A stretch of 64,000 nt of DNA from Clostridia bacterium (GTDB lineage Bacteria > Bacillota > Clostridia > Christensenellales > UMGS416), in assembly GCA_030637745.1 (NCBI GenBank), contig DAOWFX010000127.1, forward strand, positions 237 to 64,236, read 5' to 3'. Every line of letters starts with the position of its first letter. Positions within the stretch are counted from its first letter, which is position 1. Shown piece after piece: positions 29,413 to 38,925 of the stretch. A program made the translations under genes and the position numbers. Below the pieces are notes generated by a model, which did not search any database, was not told where the DNA came from, and was given only the letters and a program-made list of their open reading frames with translations.

Positions 29413-30024
29413 TTATTCTTCTGTATCACGGATCATTCTTCCGCGACCGCCTTTACCGCCCTTGTCACCTCTGCGTGGAAGGTCTTCTCTATCGATAAAG
29501 TCGTCGATGTGTGCATCACCTGCTGTGATACTGTCTGCTTGTTCTTGTGTAAGCATTCCGTCTTCAACTAGCTTTGCAAGCAATTCTTCGGGCATCCCTT
29601 CGCCATGCATTCCACGACCACCTTCAGGTCTTAGACCTTCTAAGTCTTCTTTATCGATGAAGTCACTGATGTGTGCATCGCCTGCTGCGATTGAATCTGC
29701 TTGTTCTTGTGTGAGTAGTCCGTCTTCAACGAGCTTTGCAAGTAATTCTTCGGGCATTCCTTCGCCGTGCATTCCACGACCGCCTTCAGGTCTCATTTCA
29801 TCTAATGTATCACAGTCGATGAAGTCATCGATATGCGCATCACCTGCTGTGATACTATCTGCTTGTTCTTGTGTGAGTAGTCCATCTTCAACTAAGTCTG
29901 TAATTCTTTCTTCGTGACGTCTGAAACCGCGCCATTCTCCTTGGTCATCTGCAAAAGCTATTGTTGTTCCAACCGCAATGGTTAATAGGACAGCTACTAC
30001 GATAATCCATAATTTCTTTTTCAT
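29413..30024 (-). CDS. Secreted protein with three 54-aa tandem repeats, each carrying an LTxxQ motif and a Gly/His/Met-rich segment
   Basis: Signal peptide MKKKLWIIVVAVLLTIAVGTTIAFA. Repeat unit LVEDGLLTQEQADSI(T/A)AGDAHI(D/S)DFID..RPEGGRGMHGEGMPEELLAK. Confidence 0.7.
   Translation of the reverse strand: MKKKLWIIVVAVLLTIAVGTTIAFADDQGEWRGFRRHEERITDLVEDGLLTQEQADSITAGDAHIDDFIDCDTLDEMRPEGGRGMHGEGMPEELLAKLVEDGLLTQEQADSIAAGDAHISDFIDKEDLEGLRPEGGRGMHGEGMPEELLAKLVEDGMLTQEQADSITAGDAHIDDFIDREDLPRRGDKGGKGGRGRMIRDTEE
29478..29905. repeat. 162-bp-period tandem DNA repeat (about 2.7 units) inside the secreted-protein gene
   Basis: Anchor cc(g/a)tcttcaac recurs at 29558, 29720 and 29882. Confidence 0.85.
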
Positions 30025-30144
30025 TGTATTTCCTCGCTTTCATATTATTTAAGATATATTAAGTATGCATTATAAATATGGTGAGGCTTTCATGAAATTG
30101 TTAAGAATGTGTTAACGCAGATAGAGTTGGATGTGTGAAAAGAT

Positions 30145-30723
30145 TTAGTGATTCACAATAGTACTTAGCCATTGATATGCTTCTCGCATACTAGGATGAA
30201 CCAGGGTATCACTACGGTTGATTAGATAATCAATATATCGATATGCTGCTTCATGTAATGAGTGCTTCAGACCTTCTTCCATTTGATACTGCCAAGGTGA
30301 TATACCGATACCATCCCAGGCGATTTTATCAGAAATGAATAGTATAAGATCAACCTCTGATGCAGTTGTTTTTAGTGTTGTATGGCAGGAGATAGCAGAT
30401 AAAACTTCTGGATCTGCGATATAGAATTTCTTAATTGCGATGGATTTGGATAGCTTTTGATGTAGAAGTAAAGGGTGTTCATGCTCTTCGGGAAGAATAT
30501 GAATGCCGGATGAGGTGGCTTCCTTGATCCAATTCTCCTTTGGGATGATTACACTGATATCATGTAATGCACTTGCAAGGCGTAGTTGATCTTCCATATA
30601 GATAATGTTATTGCACATGGAAATAGCATATTTTGATACATTCTTAGAATGGGTGATTGTACTAAGCTTCTCGTGCGTCTCTAGCAATGCATATATTGAA
30701 TTCAACTTTTGTGTAATGTTCAT
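30145..30723 (-). CDS. HD-domain phosphohydrolase (YqeK-like)
   Basis: H..(THSKNV) and LHDISVIIP HD motif. ATG 30723 follows GGAG; the ORF-track start at 30750 is less likely. Confidence 0.5.
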   Translation of the reverse strand: MNITQKLNSIYALLETHEKLSTITHSKNVSKYAISMCNNIIYMEDQLRLASALHDISVIIPKENWIKEATSSGIHILPEEHEHPLLLHQKLSKSIAIKKFYIADPEVLSAISCHTTLKTTASEVDLILFISDKIAWDGIGISPWQYQMEEGLKHSLHEAAYRYIDYLINRSDTLVHPSMREAYQWLSTIVNH

Positions 30724-30787
30724 GATGACTCCAATAGTAACTGTTTTCAAACGGGAGCAACTTACGCTACTCCCTTTAGTATACTAC

Positions 30788-31873
30788 TTATTCAGATACA
30801 ATGCCTCGATAAATAAAGTCATGCATTGCTGACAACGTATATTCCTTATCATATTGGATAATGGCCATACTGTTGTACCTGGCTGTTTCGTAATGGTCAT
30901 CAAAGGGTGCGCGTGTTGTTCTGAAGGTGCCCTCTCGAAGTTTGTAGAGTTGATTGGTAATAGAGACTAGCTGCAATGGATCCATATCTGTCTTAACCCA
31001 GTCGGACACGGTCTTCATGAGGTCATCCAATTCACTTAAAGAAATGGTTGACAGCTCATCTCTGGCTGCAGCGAGGACCTTTTTCTGCCGTTCGTCGCGC
31101 ATAAAGACGCCACCTTCTTTACGTACACGCATATATGCAACCGATTGAATGCCATTGAGTCGTATTGAGCCGAAACTATTGACTTCACTTCTGTGGGTAC
31201 TGTATCCATATATTTTGTTCATCTCTTGAATGAGTCCATTCATCTGCCAGACCTCTTCGTGAGAGACATGCACACGAACACCACCGAGTGCGTCAATAAT
31301 ATTTTTGACACCTTTGAAACTGGAGATAATAAAGTGGTCGATATCAATGTTGAATTCTTTTTCTATTGCGACAACCGCACCTTCCGGGCCTTTCTCGTAC
31401 ACGATGGCGGCATTTATTCTATTGTAATCGTCCTGAGAGGGAAGATATATGAGAGTATCGCGCATGATGGATGTCATACGTACTTCATTGTTATTGGTAT
31501 CAAGTGTGAGAATGATATTGACATCACTACGACCGGAAAAACTCTTGTTGTATCTGTTGTCCATGCCAAAGACCATAATATTGATAACACCAAAGTCTTC
31601 ATTGGTTATGGGTGTAAATGTAGGCTCGGGTGTAGTGAGCGTTGCAGGATCCACGGTAGAAAGAGAAGGATCAGATGTTTCGCTTTGATCTTCTTTTATG
31701 ATATCTATGATATCGTTTTCACTGGGCGCATCGAGTTTGCTTGCATTATTCAATATGGAATACATATATATACCGATTCCAACAAGTGCTGCAACCAGTA
31801 TGATAAGAACAGTTACCAGTAATACTTTAACTGGGCTCTTCTTCTTGATGATTTTTTTTGTATCTTCGCTCAT
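30788..31873 (-). CDS. LytR-CpsA-Psr (LCP) family cell-wall glycopolymer transferase
   Basis: N-terminal TM. INIMVFGMDNR..GRSDVNIILTLD..MTSIMRDT core motifs. Confidence 0.88.
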   Translation of the reverse strand: MSEDTKKIIKKKSPVKVLLVTVLIILVAALVGIGIYMYSILNNASKLDAPSENDIIDIIKEDQSETSDPSLSTVDPATLTTPEPTFTPITNEDFGVINIMVFGMDNRYNKSFSGRSDVNIILTLDTNNNEVRMTSIMRDTLIYLPSQDDYNRINAAIVYEKGPEGAVVAIEKEFNIDIDHFIISSFKGVKNIIDALGGVRVHVSHEEVWQMNGLIQEMNKIYGYSTHRSEVNSFGSIRLNGIQSVAYMRVRKEGGVFMRDERQKKVLAAARDELSTISLSELDDLMKTVSDWVKTDMDPLQLVSITNQLYKLREGTFRTTRAPFDDHYETARYNSMAIIQYDKEYTLSAMHDFIYRGIVSE

Positions 31874-32113
31874 GACTACCTCATATTTAATTGATTATAC
31901 ATATATTGGATTATGCATATGTGTTATGGTAACTGAAATTGTTACAAATGTCAATCAAAAAAATTACGATAAGATTACAAGTATTAATATATAGTGTAAT
32001 AAAGTGCTTTAATATATTTCTCTTTGGGGTCAGTACATGTGTCCGAGGGGGAATATCTTTGCTAATAATTATTATAAGACTATGTTTTTATGAAAATCAC
32101 ATAAACAGAATGA

Positions 32114-33934
32114 TTAGGTCGGCGCTGCGGTAGGCTCGGTAGTCGGCGCTGCGGTAGGCTCGGTAGTCGGCGTTGCGGTAGGCTCGGCAGTCGGTTCTGT
32201 TGTGGGCGCAGGAGTCGGTTCTGCTGTGGAGTTTAATGGTACGATATATGTTCGTACATTGCCTCCTAATTTTGCACCATTCTTATAATATGCCGTTATG
32301 CTAAAATAGTATGTTTTACCAGACTCCATGTTTTCAATGTTAATCCATTTGTTGCTGTTATCACTATAATTTACAACTGAGTATAATAGGCTAACATTAG
32401 GTTCGCCAGCAATAGGAGTACTGTCTACGCTCGAATAAACTACATTGTAGGAATCTAACTCACTATGTTCTATTTTATCAAATGCAAAATGAAATTTCCC
32501 GTTTTCAACATAAAATGTACTTAGATTTGGAGGTTCTATTGGATCTTCTCCTAGACCAGATTCTCCAAGTAATGTTATTCTAAATGATCCTGTTCGGGAT
32601 TTTATTGAGTCTCCGCTTGATCCATAATAAATCGCCCATATGTTAAAAGTATATGTTTCGCCTGCCTTGAGCGGTCTAAGTCTAGCTCCGCTGCTCCCTA
32701 AATAACCATCATAAACGGTTAAGCTTGTATTGTTTATACCATACATTTCTTGTGCAAAGTATCCTCTCGTATAATAGGGTTCTGATCCATCTACAAAACA
32801 GTTCATAAAATAATACTTGAAATATTTAGACTCTGATTTTGTCCAATTCAGTATGATTTTATCTCCGCTTAAATAACCTGAGAGTTGAATGTTTTCTAGT
32901 GTAACATCATCATCACTAGTAGGAACTTTGTCACTATATGGCATGGTGACTCTTATTACATTCCCCGATATGGTGTTATCATCATCATAAACTGTTGCAA
33001 TACTATAGTATGCTGATTCTCCAGGCTTTGTTCCCTTATATGTATGTGGCAAAATAGTATACTCTGCAGGACCCGCTTGACTCGTACCAGTGAGGTACCC
33101 TTCACCGGGATAAGTAAGTTTTGAATTTGTTGCTGAGTGCAAAACATAGTATCCACCAACATGTTTGTCGTCAATTTTGTTCCATGTAAGCTTTACAGAC
33201 CCATCATCACTAGCCGTTGCTTTTACAGTTACCTTTTTCATATCATACTTTGGTGCATGATCATCATCTTTTATTTTAGTGCCTGAGTCATCACTTGTTC
33301 CATCCTCATTTGACAGGTTGTCTGTAGCATCTTCTTTAGTAATTGGAGATACTGTAGTTGATGGAATTGGCGTATATGAATGCATATTTGTTTGAGTAGG
33401 AGTATTATTTTCTATCATAAAAGTCTCTAAAAGTTTCTTTTTTGCCGGATTTTCACCTTCTTTTTCCGCAGAAATTTTATAAGCATAAGAATCTGACACG
33501 ATTGTAAAATTGCAAAATTTTTCTGCATCTTTAGATATATAGCTATTAAGCATATTTATCGCATCATCTGTTTCTTCACCGAAATATCCAATTAATATTT
33601 CATTATCCTTATTTTCGATTATATATCCCTCTGCTATCATCAGTTGCAAAAGATCATCTATCACTTGAATAACAGAAAGATCTTGATATTGATATCCATT
33701 CAACAGAAAATTGCCTTCTTCATTTCTTGCAGATATTTCTAAAACATTGTTTTGATTATTCGTGCTTAATATAAAACTTGGGTTAACATCTAGTGTGTAA
33801 TAGTTTTGTACGATATCAGTGGATTCCAAATCATCTTGATTTGCTAGAAGAAAAGGAAGAACAACAGTTATGAGTATTACGACAAATAGGATACCTATAA
33901 CAAATATTGTTTTTTTACTAAATTTTGATTTCAT
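32114..33934 (-). CDS. Membrane-anchored surface protein: N-terminal TM, RsgI-like juxtamembrane region, three Fn3-like modules, C-terminal Pro/Thr repeat tail
   Basis: TM at IFVIGILFVVILITVVLPFLL. LDVNPSFILSTNNQNNVLEISARNEEG. Recurring L(T/N)W(N/T)K..Y modules. Ends ..TEPTAEPTATPTTEPTAAPTTEPTAAPT*. Confidence 0.6.
   Translation of the reverse strand: MKSKFSKKTIFVIGILFVVILITVVLPFLLANQDDLESTDIVQNYYTLDVNPSFILSTNNQNNVLEISARNEEGNFLLNGYQYQDLSVIQVIDDLLQLMIAEGYIIENKDNEILIGYFGEETDDAINMLNSYISKDAEKFCNFTIVSDSYAYKISAEKEGENPAKKKLLETFMIENNTPTQTNMHSYTPIPSTTVSPITKEDATDNLSNEDGTSDDSGTKIKDDDHAPKYDMKKVTVKATASDDGSVKLTWNKIDDKHVGGYYVLHSATNSKLTYPGEGYLTGTSQAGPAEYTILPHTYKGTKPGESAYYSIATVYDDDNTISGNVIRVTMPYSDKVPTSDDDVTLENIQLSGYLSGDKIILNWTKSESKYFKYYFMNCFVDGSEPYYTRGYFAQEMYGINNTSLTVYDGYLGSSGARLRPLKAGETYTFNIWAIYYGSSGDSIKSRTGSFRITLLGESGLGEDPIEPPNLSTFYVENGKFHFAFDKIEHSELDSYNVVYSSVDSTPIAGEPNVSLLYSVVNYSDNSNKWINIENMESGKTYYFSITAYYKNGAKLGGNVRTYIVPLNSTAEPTPAPTTEPTAEPTATPTTEPTAAPTTEPTAAPT
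32118..32230. repeat. 24-bp-period tandem repeat encoding (T-E-P-T-A-A-P-T)n at the 3' end of the surface-protein gene
   Basis: gtcggcgctgcggtaggctcggta at 32118-32141 and identical at 32142-32165. The third unit has 2 mismatches, then degenerate units follow. The array is GC-rich relative to its surroundings. Confidence 0.9.
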
Positions 33935-34149
33935 ATAATAATTTTCCTCTTTGCACAATTGCACATATTATATAAAATATTGAAAAGAAATACTAGTACT
34001 ATTTCTTTGACCTACTGAAATCTGTATTGTTTTATCTTCAAGATTTTAAGAGCGCAGACTATTTAAAGCAAGAACTGGTGGATATATGTTGCTATTGCTT
34101 CTTTTGCAAGATAAATAAAGTCCTGTTAAATGTATTTCTCTAGTTATTG

Positions 34150-34440
34150 TTACTTTTCTTCAAGAACCGATTTTCTTTTATGATATTCTTCATCGGTTAT
34201 TTCACCCAATGCATATTTATTTTTCAATATCTCAATTGCTTGAGTGCTTTTTCTCTTATTTTTTCTTGAAAAATGTATGATGAGTATTACTGTAACGATA
34301 AGCACAACAGCTGCCAGTGCAATTAACATATACCATCCACTGTTCCAATTACCGTATTTGAAATAGTCACCATCCATCATTCCATGATGAAAATAATCAT
34401 TATCAAAAAAGCGCGTCATAAAACTATTTTTATAAAACAT
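34150..34440 (-). CDS. SHOCT-domain membrane protein
   Basis: One TM, then YALGEITDEEYHKRKSVL, a SHOCT-type C-terminus. Confidence 0.65.
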   Translation of the reverse strand: MFYKNSFMTRFFDNDYFHHGMMDGDYFKYGNWNSGWYMLIALAAVVLIVTVILIIHFSRKNKRKSTQAIEILKNKYALGEITDEEYHKRKSVLEEK

Positions 34441-34449
34441 AATTGCCTC

Positions 34450-34632
34450 CTATTTACTCAGCGTATCTTTCATCGCTTTGTATGTCTGTTCATCAATTTC
34501 ACCATTAGCGTATCGTTCACCTACGATATCTAATGGACTTTTACTGCTGGCTGATTGATTGGTCTTCAAAGTACCGTTCTTTACTAAAAAATATATTGCT
34601 ACTCCAATGAGTATTACTGCAAAAAATCCCAT
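34450..34632 (-). CDS. SHOCT-domain small membrane protein
   Basis: One TM, then RYANGEIDEQTYKAMKDTL. ATG 34632 follows GGAGGTG. Confidence 0.65.
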   Translation of the reverse strand: MGFFAVILIGVAIYFLVKNGTLKTNQSASSKSPLDIVGERYANGEIDEQTYKAMKDTLSK

Positions 34633-34884
34633 GTTGCACACCTCCATGCTTTTTCTATTTTCATTATCAGCTTAAAATGTGTCAGGCGGGTGATAAGAAT
34701 ATGTACAATCGATGAATAATGCTGACTAAATTAGTATGGAATAACAATTATTTGCATAAAAGCATTATCTGAAAACAATCAACAGGGTTTATAGAAAATT
34801 AGTTCTTGTTATGCCCATTGTTTACATGAGCAAATAATCGTGTTAAATTGATAATATATTAAATAATATTTGTGGGGTATAGAT

Positions 34885-35793
34885 ATGACATATTTCAATC
34901 AAAAAATGATTACTTCATTGTTAATGGATAAAGAATATAAGTCTCAAATGGTATCTACCAGCCACCTGAAGGAAATACAAGATGAAATTGAGGGATTGAA
35001 GGATAGAATATATCCAAATATTTATGAGCATTATCTTAAATTTGACTATGATCTAGGTGCGGTTGATTTTGATGCAAAATCAATAATCATTATTGGTATG
35101 AAATCTAAAATAACGAAAGTTGAATTTAATATTGATTCAAGAAAAATCAAAACAGTAATACCACCAACATATATAACATCCAAAAAAGATAGAAATCAAA
35201 TAACTGAATTGTTTTCTGATATAACAAAAAAGCATGGGTTTCATTTTAAAAGATGTTATTTACCACAAAAATTATTATCTGTTAGAAGCGGATTATCAGA
35301 ATACGGAAGAAACAACATCAGCTACATCAATGGGATGGGCAGCTTTTATAGATTGGAAACATTCTTTACCGATATTCCTGTAGATGATGAAGTATGGCAA
35401 GATATCAAAATTATGGACAGATGCAGTTCTTGTACTATTTGTGCAGATAAATGCAAGACGGGTTCAATAGAAAAAGACGGTACTTTGATAGATGCTTCAA
35501 AATGCATAACATACTATAATGAAATAGAAGGCGAGTTTCCTGAATGGATTAACTCCAAATGGCACAATGCAATCATAGGATGCATGGATTGCCAAATGGA
35601 ATGTCCTGAAAATAAGAACTATATTGAGAGCAATGATGAAATTGTCGTTTTTTCAGATGAAGAAACTCAAATGATCACTGATGATACTGAGTTTGATAGT
35701 CTTAAAGCTTCAACAAAAGAAAAACTTAAGACTATTAGTGTTGTAGGATATTACACAACTTTTGTTCGAAATCTAAAAGCTTTGATTTCTTAA
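34885..35793 (+). CDS. 4Fe-4S double-cluster protein, epoxyqueuosine-reductase/reductive-dehalogenase-like
   Basis: CSSCTICADKCKTGSI and CMDCQMECPENK ferredoxin-type motifs in the C-terminal half. Confidence 0.45.
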   Translation: MTYFNQKMITSLLMDKEYKSQMVSTSHLKEIQDEIEGLKDRIYPNIYEHYLKFDYDLGAVDFDAKSIIIIGMKSKITKVEFNIDSRKIKTVIPPTYITSKKDRNQITELFSDITKKHGFHFKRCYLPQKLLSVRSGLSEYGRNNISYINGMGSFYRLETFFTDIPVDDEVWQDIKIMDRCSSCTICADKCKTGSIEKDGTLIDASKCITYYNEIEGEFPEWINSKWHNAIIGCMDCQMECPENKNYIESNDEIVVFSDEETQMITDDTEFDSLKASTKEKLKTISVVGYYTTFVRNLKALIS

Positions 35794-37094
35794 TCACTGA
35801 TACTTCTTACAGATAGCACATAATTGTAGACATACCTTATATCACCTTGTGGACCAAAGTACTGCGGGTAGTCGCTTTGGTTACCGCTCTTGGGATCGCT
35901 TCTGACGGCGCCTGCACCATGCACATCCATGATGGTACTATTCATCATACCCAGTGCTTCACCAAATGCAACATAAGAGGCACCGTCATATAGATTTCTA
36001 CCATCAAGGTGGGATGTTGCTGTCCAATAGAAACCGTAATTGTCTTCACCTCTGGGATCGGTTATCTTTGTTAATGAAAACATATCATCGATAGCAGCAG
36101 AGCCTGTAGTCTGCATGCTTTTGGTATAGTCTACGATGCTTTGCAACTCTTTGGCTGATGGCAATCTCCAGTCATCATAGCCTGCAAGGGTAAGAGCTTC
36201 ACTATAAGCTAATGCTTCTTGCCAATCTTTGCTGTCACCATCGTCTGTCATCTGCCACATAAGTCCTGTAGCCAAATCAGTAATTGTGCCATCGCCATTG
36301 TCAACAAAGTCATTGATGCCATAGTTTTCATTTCCTCGAACTAATCGCACATACATTACTTTAGATTCACGATTACGAGGATTGGTTGTTCCATATCCTT
36401 TTATTCTTCCATCTATGAAATTAACACCAAAATATGTGATGTCAGCTTTCATTGTAAGTCCTACATATTGCGTGCTGGACCATACTTGAGCATCTATTTC
36501 TCTTTCGCCAATAGAAGTATCGCCAATGGGTTGGTCAAAGAAATTGGTATCTATAAATAATGTACCTGCAGTTTCTCCGCCACTTTGACCGGTAAAGAGT
36601 ATGAGTGAAAACAATTCTTTGATGGTAGGCATACGCCAATCATCATATCCTGCAAGGGTTGAATTATCAGCATAAGCGGTGGTTTCCTGTATAGTCATCT
36701 TGTTATCCATGGTCTTTTGCCACATGAGTCCTGTCACATTGTCTGAAATAGTACCGTCTTGATTGTCGGTATAGGAAGGTGAATTGATGATATAGTTTCC
36801 ATCTTGTCCGTAAAATGGATCGCCTTCATTGACATTCGATAGCATTGTCTTATCGCTATATAGTGAAGTAATTCCTGTACCTACAATGGGATAAGCACTG
36901 AGGTAGTCTGTAGGTTCATCCGGAGATACAGTAGCGTCTGTGTTATCTACAGATGGGGATGCTTGTGTTTCTTTTGTAACTTGCACTTTTGTGGGGACAT
37001 ATGTGTTGTTAGGCGTACTCTGATTTGCAGGGGTGCAGCCGGTGATGATGAGTGCAAGGCTTAATGCGATGATGATTAATATTTTGTGTTTCAT
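35790..37094 (-). CDS. Lipoprotein with two DUF1566 (Lcl C-terminal-like) domains
   Basis: Lipobox LIITGC. Duplicated GYDDWR(M/L)P..KEL..I and GLMWQ motifs. Confidence 0.7.
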   Translation of the reverse strand: MKHKILIIIALSLALIITGCTPANQSTPNNTYVPTKVQVTKETQASPSVDNTDATVSPDEPTDYLSAYPIVGTGITSLYSDKTMLSNVNEGDPFYGQDGNYIINSPSYTDNQDGTISDNVTGLMWQKTMDNKMTIQETTAYADNSTLAGYDDWRMPTIKELFSLILFTGQSGGETAGTLFIDTNFFDQPIGDTSIGEREIDAQVWSSTQYVGLTMKADITYFGVNFIDGRIKGYGTTNPRNRESKVMYVRLVRGNENYGINDFVDNGDGTITDLATGLMWQMTDDGDSKDWQEALAYSEALTLAGYDDWRLPSAKELQSIVDYTKSMQTTGSAAIDDMFSLTKITDPRGEDNYGFYWTATSHLDGRNLYDGASYVAFGEALGMMNSTIMDVHGAGAVRSDPKSGNQSDYPQYFGPQGDIRYVYNYVLSVRSISD

Positions 37095-37168
37095 AATTTT
37101 CTCCAGTATTCACTTTATATTATAAAGTATTGCCTACTTATATGTCATGAGTGTAGTGAATATATGAA

Positions 37169-37219
37169 TAACCTGTAAAATGCAGGTTACTTGACAATTA
37201 TATTTGAATCACTTATATT
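37169..37219 (+). promoter_or_regulatory. Candidate promoter (TTGACA-N17-TATATT) preceded by the 7-bp-arm palindrome TAACCTG-N7-CAGGTTA
   Basis: Palindrome at 37169-37189, -35 at 37191-37196, -10 at 37214-37219, upstream of the TetR gene at 37256. Confidence 0.45.
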
Positions 37220-37255
37220 AAATGAGCGACCACTCAGCGAGGAAGGAATATTGAT

Positions 37256-37843
37256 ATGAATAATCGGGTGATACAAAAAAGTGAAACTCGTAAGAATATA
37301 CTAATGTGTGCATTGGATGAGTTTGTGGAAAACGGATTCCTGAATACAACCACCAAGACCATTGCAGACAAAGCCGGCGTTGCGCATGGTACGCTATTTT
37401 TACATTTTGAAAACAAGGACATACTCATTAGACACGTTCTTGAGGAAAAGCTATTAGATATTACACAACAATTAGATGAGATATTATCAGGCATAAGTCA
37501 AATAAAAGCCTTACTAAATTGTTATCTTGATTTTATACAAAGCAACGAGGACTTCTACTCTGTACTCAACAAGGAATTACCTTTTTATGAAGAGCCCATT
37601 CGAAGCGAAATCTTTTTAAAAGAGAGTTCAGTACGAAATTATTTTTATGAAGCCATTAATTCAGGTATAGCAGATGGACGCTATAAAGAGGTGGATATAA
37701 CAATGGCCATCACATTTTTATTTGGTACGATTAATTATTTGCTTGCAAATAGTGATTGCTTCACCGATGGGAAAATCTTCGAATTTATTAAGCAGTCTAT
37801 TATCGATACATTTATGCAGATCATTGAAAAAAAGGAGAGCTAG
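37256..37843 (+). CDS. TetR/AcrR-family transcriptional regulator
   Basis: N-terminal HTH CALDEFVENGFLNTTTKTIADKAGVAHGTLFLHFENKD. Confidence 0.88.
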   Translation: MNNRVIQKSETRKNILMCALDEFVENGFLNTTTKTIADKAGVAHGTLFLHFENKDILIRHVLEEKLLDITQQLDEILSGISQIKALLNCYLDFIQSNEDFYSVLNKELPFYEEPIRSEIFLKESSVRNYFYEAINSGIADGRYKEVDITMAITFLFGTINYLLANSDCFTDGKIFEFIKQSIIDTFMQIIEKKES

Positions 37844-37845
37844 AA

Positions 37846-38091
37846 ATGGAAAAGAAATATTGTGACAGTTGCGGTATGCCTATGGTTGAATCTCAAGACT
37901 TTGGTGGAGGAGACGTTGAAAACCGCTGTTGTGTACACTGCTGTAATGATAAAGGAAACCTCAAATCCTACGATGAAGTGCTAAACGGTATGGTGGCATT
38001 TGCGGTAAAAAATACAGGTGTGAGCCATCAAAAGGCAATGGATGCTGCAAGAGAAAATATGAAGCAGTTACCTGCATGGAGAATTGACTAA
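37846..38091 (+). CDS. Zinc-ribbon domain protein
   Basis: CDSCGMPM...CCVHCC motif typical of small Zn-ribbon proteins. Starts 3 nt after the TetR stop. Confidence 0.6.
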   Translation: MEKKYCDSCGMPMVESQDFGGGDVENRCCVHCCNDKGNLKSYDEVLNGMVAFAVKNTGVSHQKAMDAARENMKQLPAWRID

Positions 38092-38325
38092 AGATAGGAT
38101 AAATTAATCATCTTGACTGAGAATCCTTCGGTGTATTTTGCAAACTATATACTTTTGTATAGACAATACTATTGGGTTTAGATAAGTATGCATATGATAG
38201 TCTTGCTTTTAACTAATATATTTGTTCAAATAAATAATCGAAAAAATCTTTTAAAGAACTACAACAACAATTCATAGTATTGAATGAATATGGTATAATA
38301 TGAGAAAACTTTTAGGAGCAACTGA

Positions 38326-38925
38326 TTGTCAAACAGAGATCTACAACTTTTAGATAAAGCGTTAAGCGGTGATATCGCTGCATTTGAAGAACTGGTTTCT
38401 TCAAACTATACGCATATATATAATCTCTGTTATCGTATGATGAGAAACAGTGAGGATGCAGAGGATATGCTGCAAGAATCTATGCTCAAATCATGGCGGA
38501 AGTTGAGTTCATTCAAAAAGACAGCATCATTTTCAACTTGGCTGCATAAGATCGCAGTCAATACTTGCTTGGATGCCATCCGAAAGAGAAAAGATAATAA
38601 AGTATCGATGGAAGTCTTGGAAGAAAAGGGACGACATCTGGTAGATGATACATCCAGCGACTTTGCAGAGCACTCTATACAAAAAGAAATGATACAAAAG
38701 GCACTGTATATACTTAAAAAACGTGACCGTGTAATCATTGTACTCAAGGATATTCAAGGATACTCGTATGAGGAAATTAGTGTGATACTCAAGTGTCCAA
38801 TGGGTACTGTGCGCTCAAGGCTGTCGCGCGCGCGATCTGCGATGGTAGAAGTTTTAGGAGAAATGGAACAAAACAACGAAGGTTTGCGTCATAATAGGCG
38901 AAAGAGGAAACAAAGTGAACTGTAA
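38326..38925 (+). CDS. ECF-type sigma-70 family RNA polymerase sigma factor
   Basis: Region 2 (YNLCYRMMRNSEDAEDMLQES..WLHKIAVNTCLDAIRKR) and region 4 (GYSYEEISVILKCPMGTVRSRLSRAR). TTG start after AGGAG. Confidence 0.88.
   Translation: MSNRDLQLLDKALSGDIAAFEELVSSNYTHIYNLCYRMMRNSEDAEDMLQESMLKSWRKLSSFKKTASFSTWLHKIAVNTCLDAIRKRKDNKVSMEVLEEKGRHLVDDTSSDFAEHSIQKEMIQKALYILKKRDRVIIVLKDIQGYSYEEISVILKCPMGTVRSRLSRARSAMVEVLGEMEQNNEGLRHNRRKRKQSEL

Noticed and set aside
29462-29917. 151-aa Ser-rich ORF on the plus strand within the repeat-protein gene
   Set aside because: Its internal repeats merely mirror the 162-bp DNA repeat. The minus-strand frame has a signal peptide, an RBS and a coherent motif structure.
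31193-31822. 209-aa ORF antisense to the LCP gene
   Set aside because: It is a shadow frame of a well-supported LCP coding sequence.
32114-32230. Surface-protein gene as a truncated pseudogene
   Set aside because: There is no frameshift or internal stop. The ORF ends cleanly, and the downstream sequence looks like a promoter region for the LCP gene. Truncation cannot be excluded without orthologue comparison, so it is kept as a CDS.
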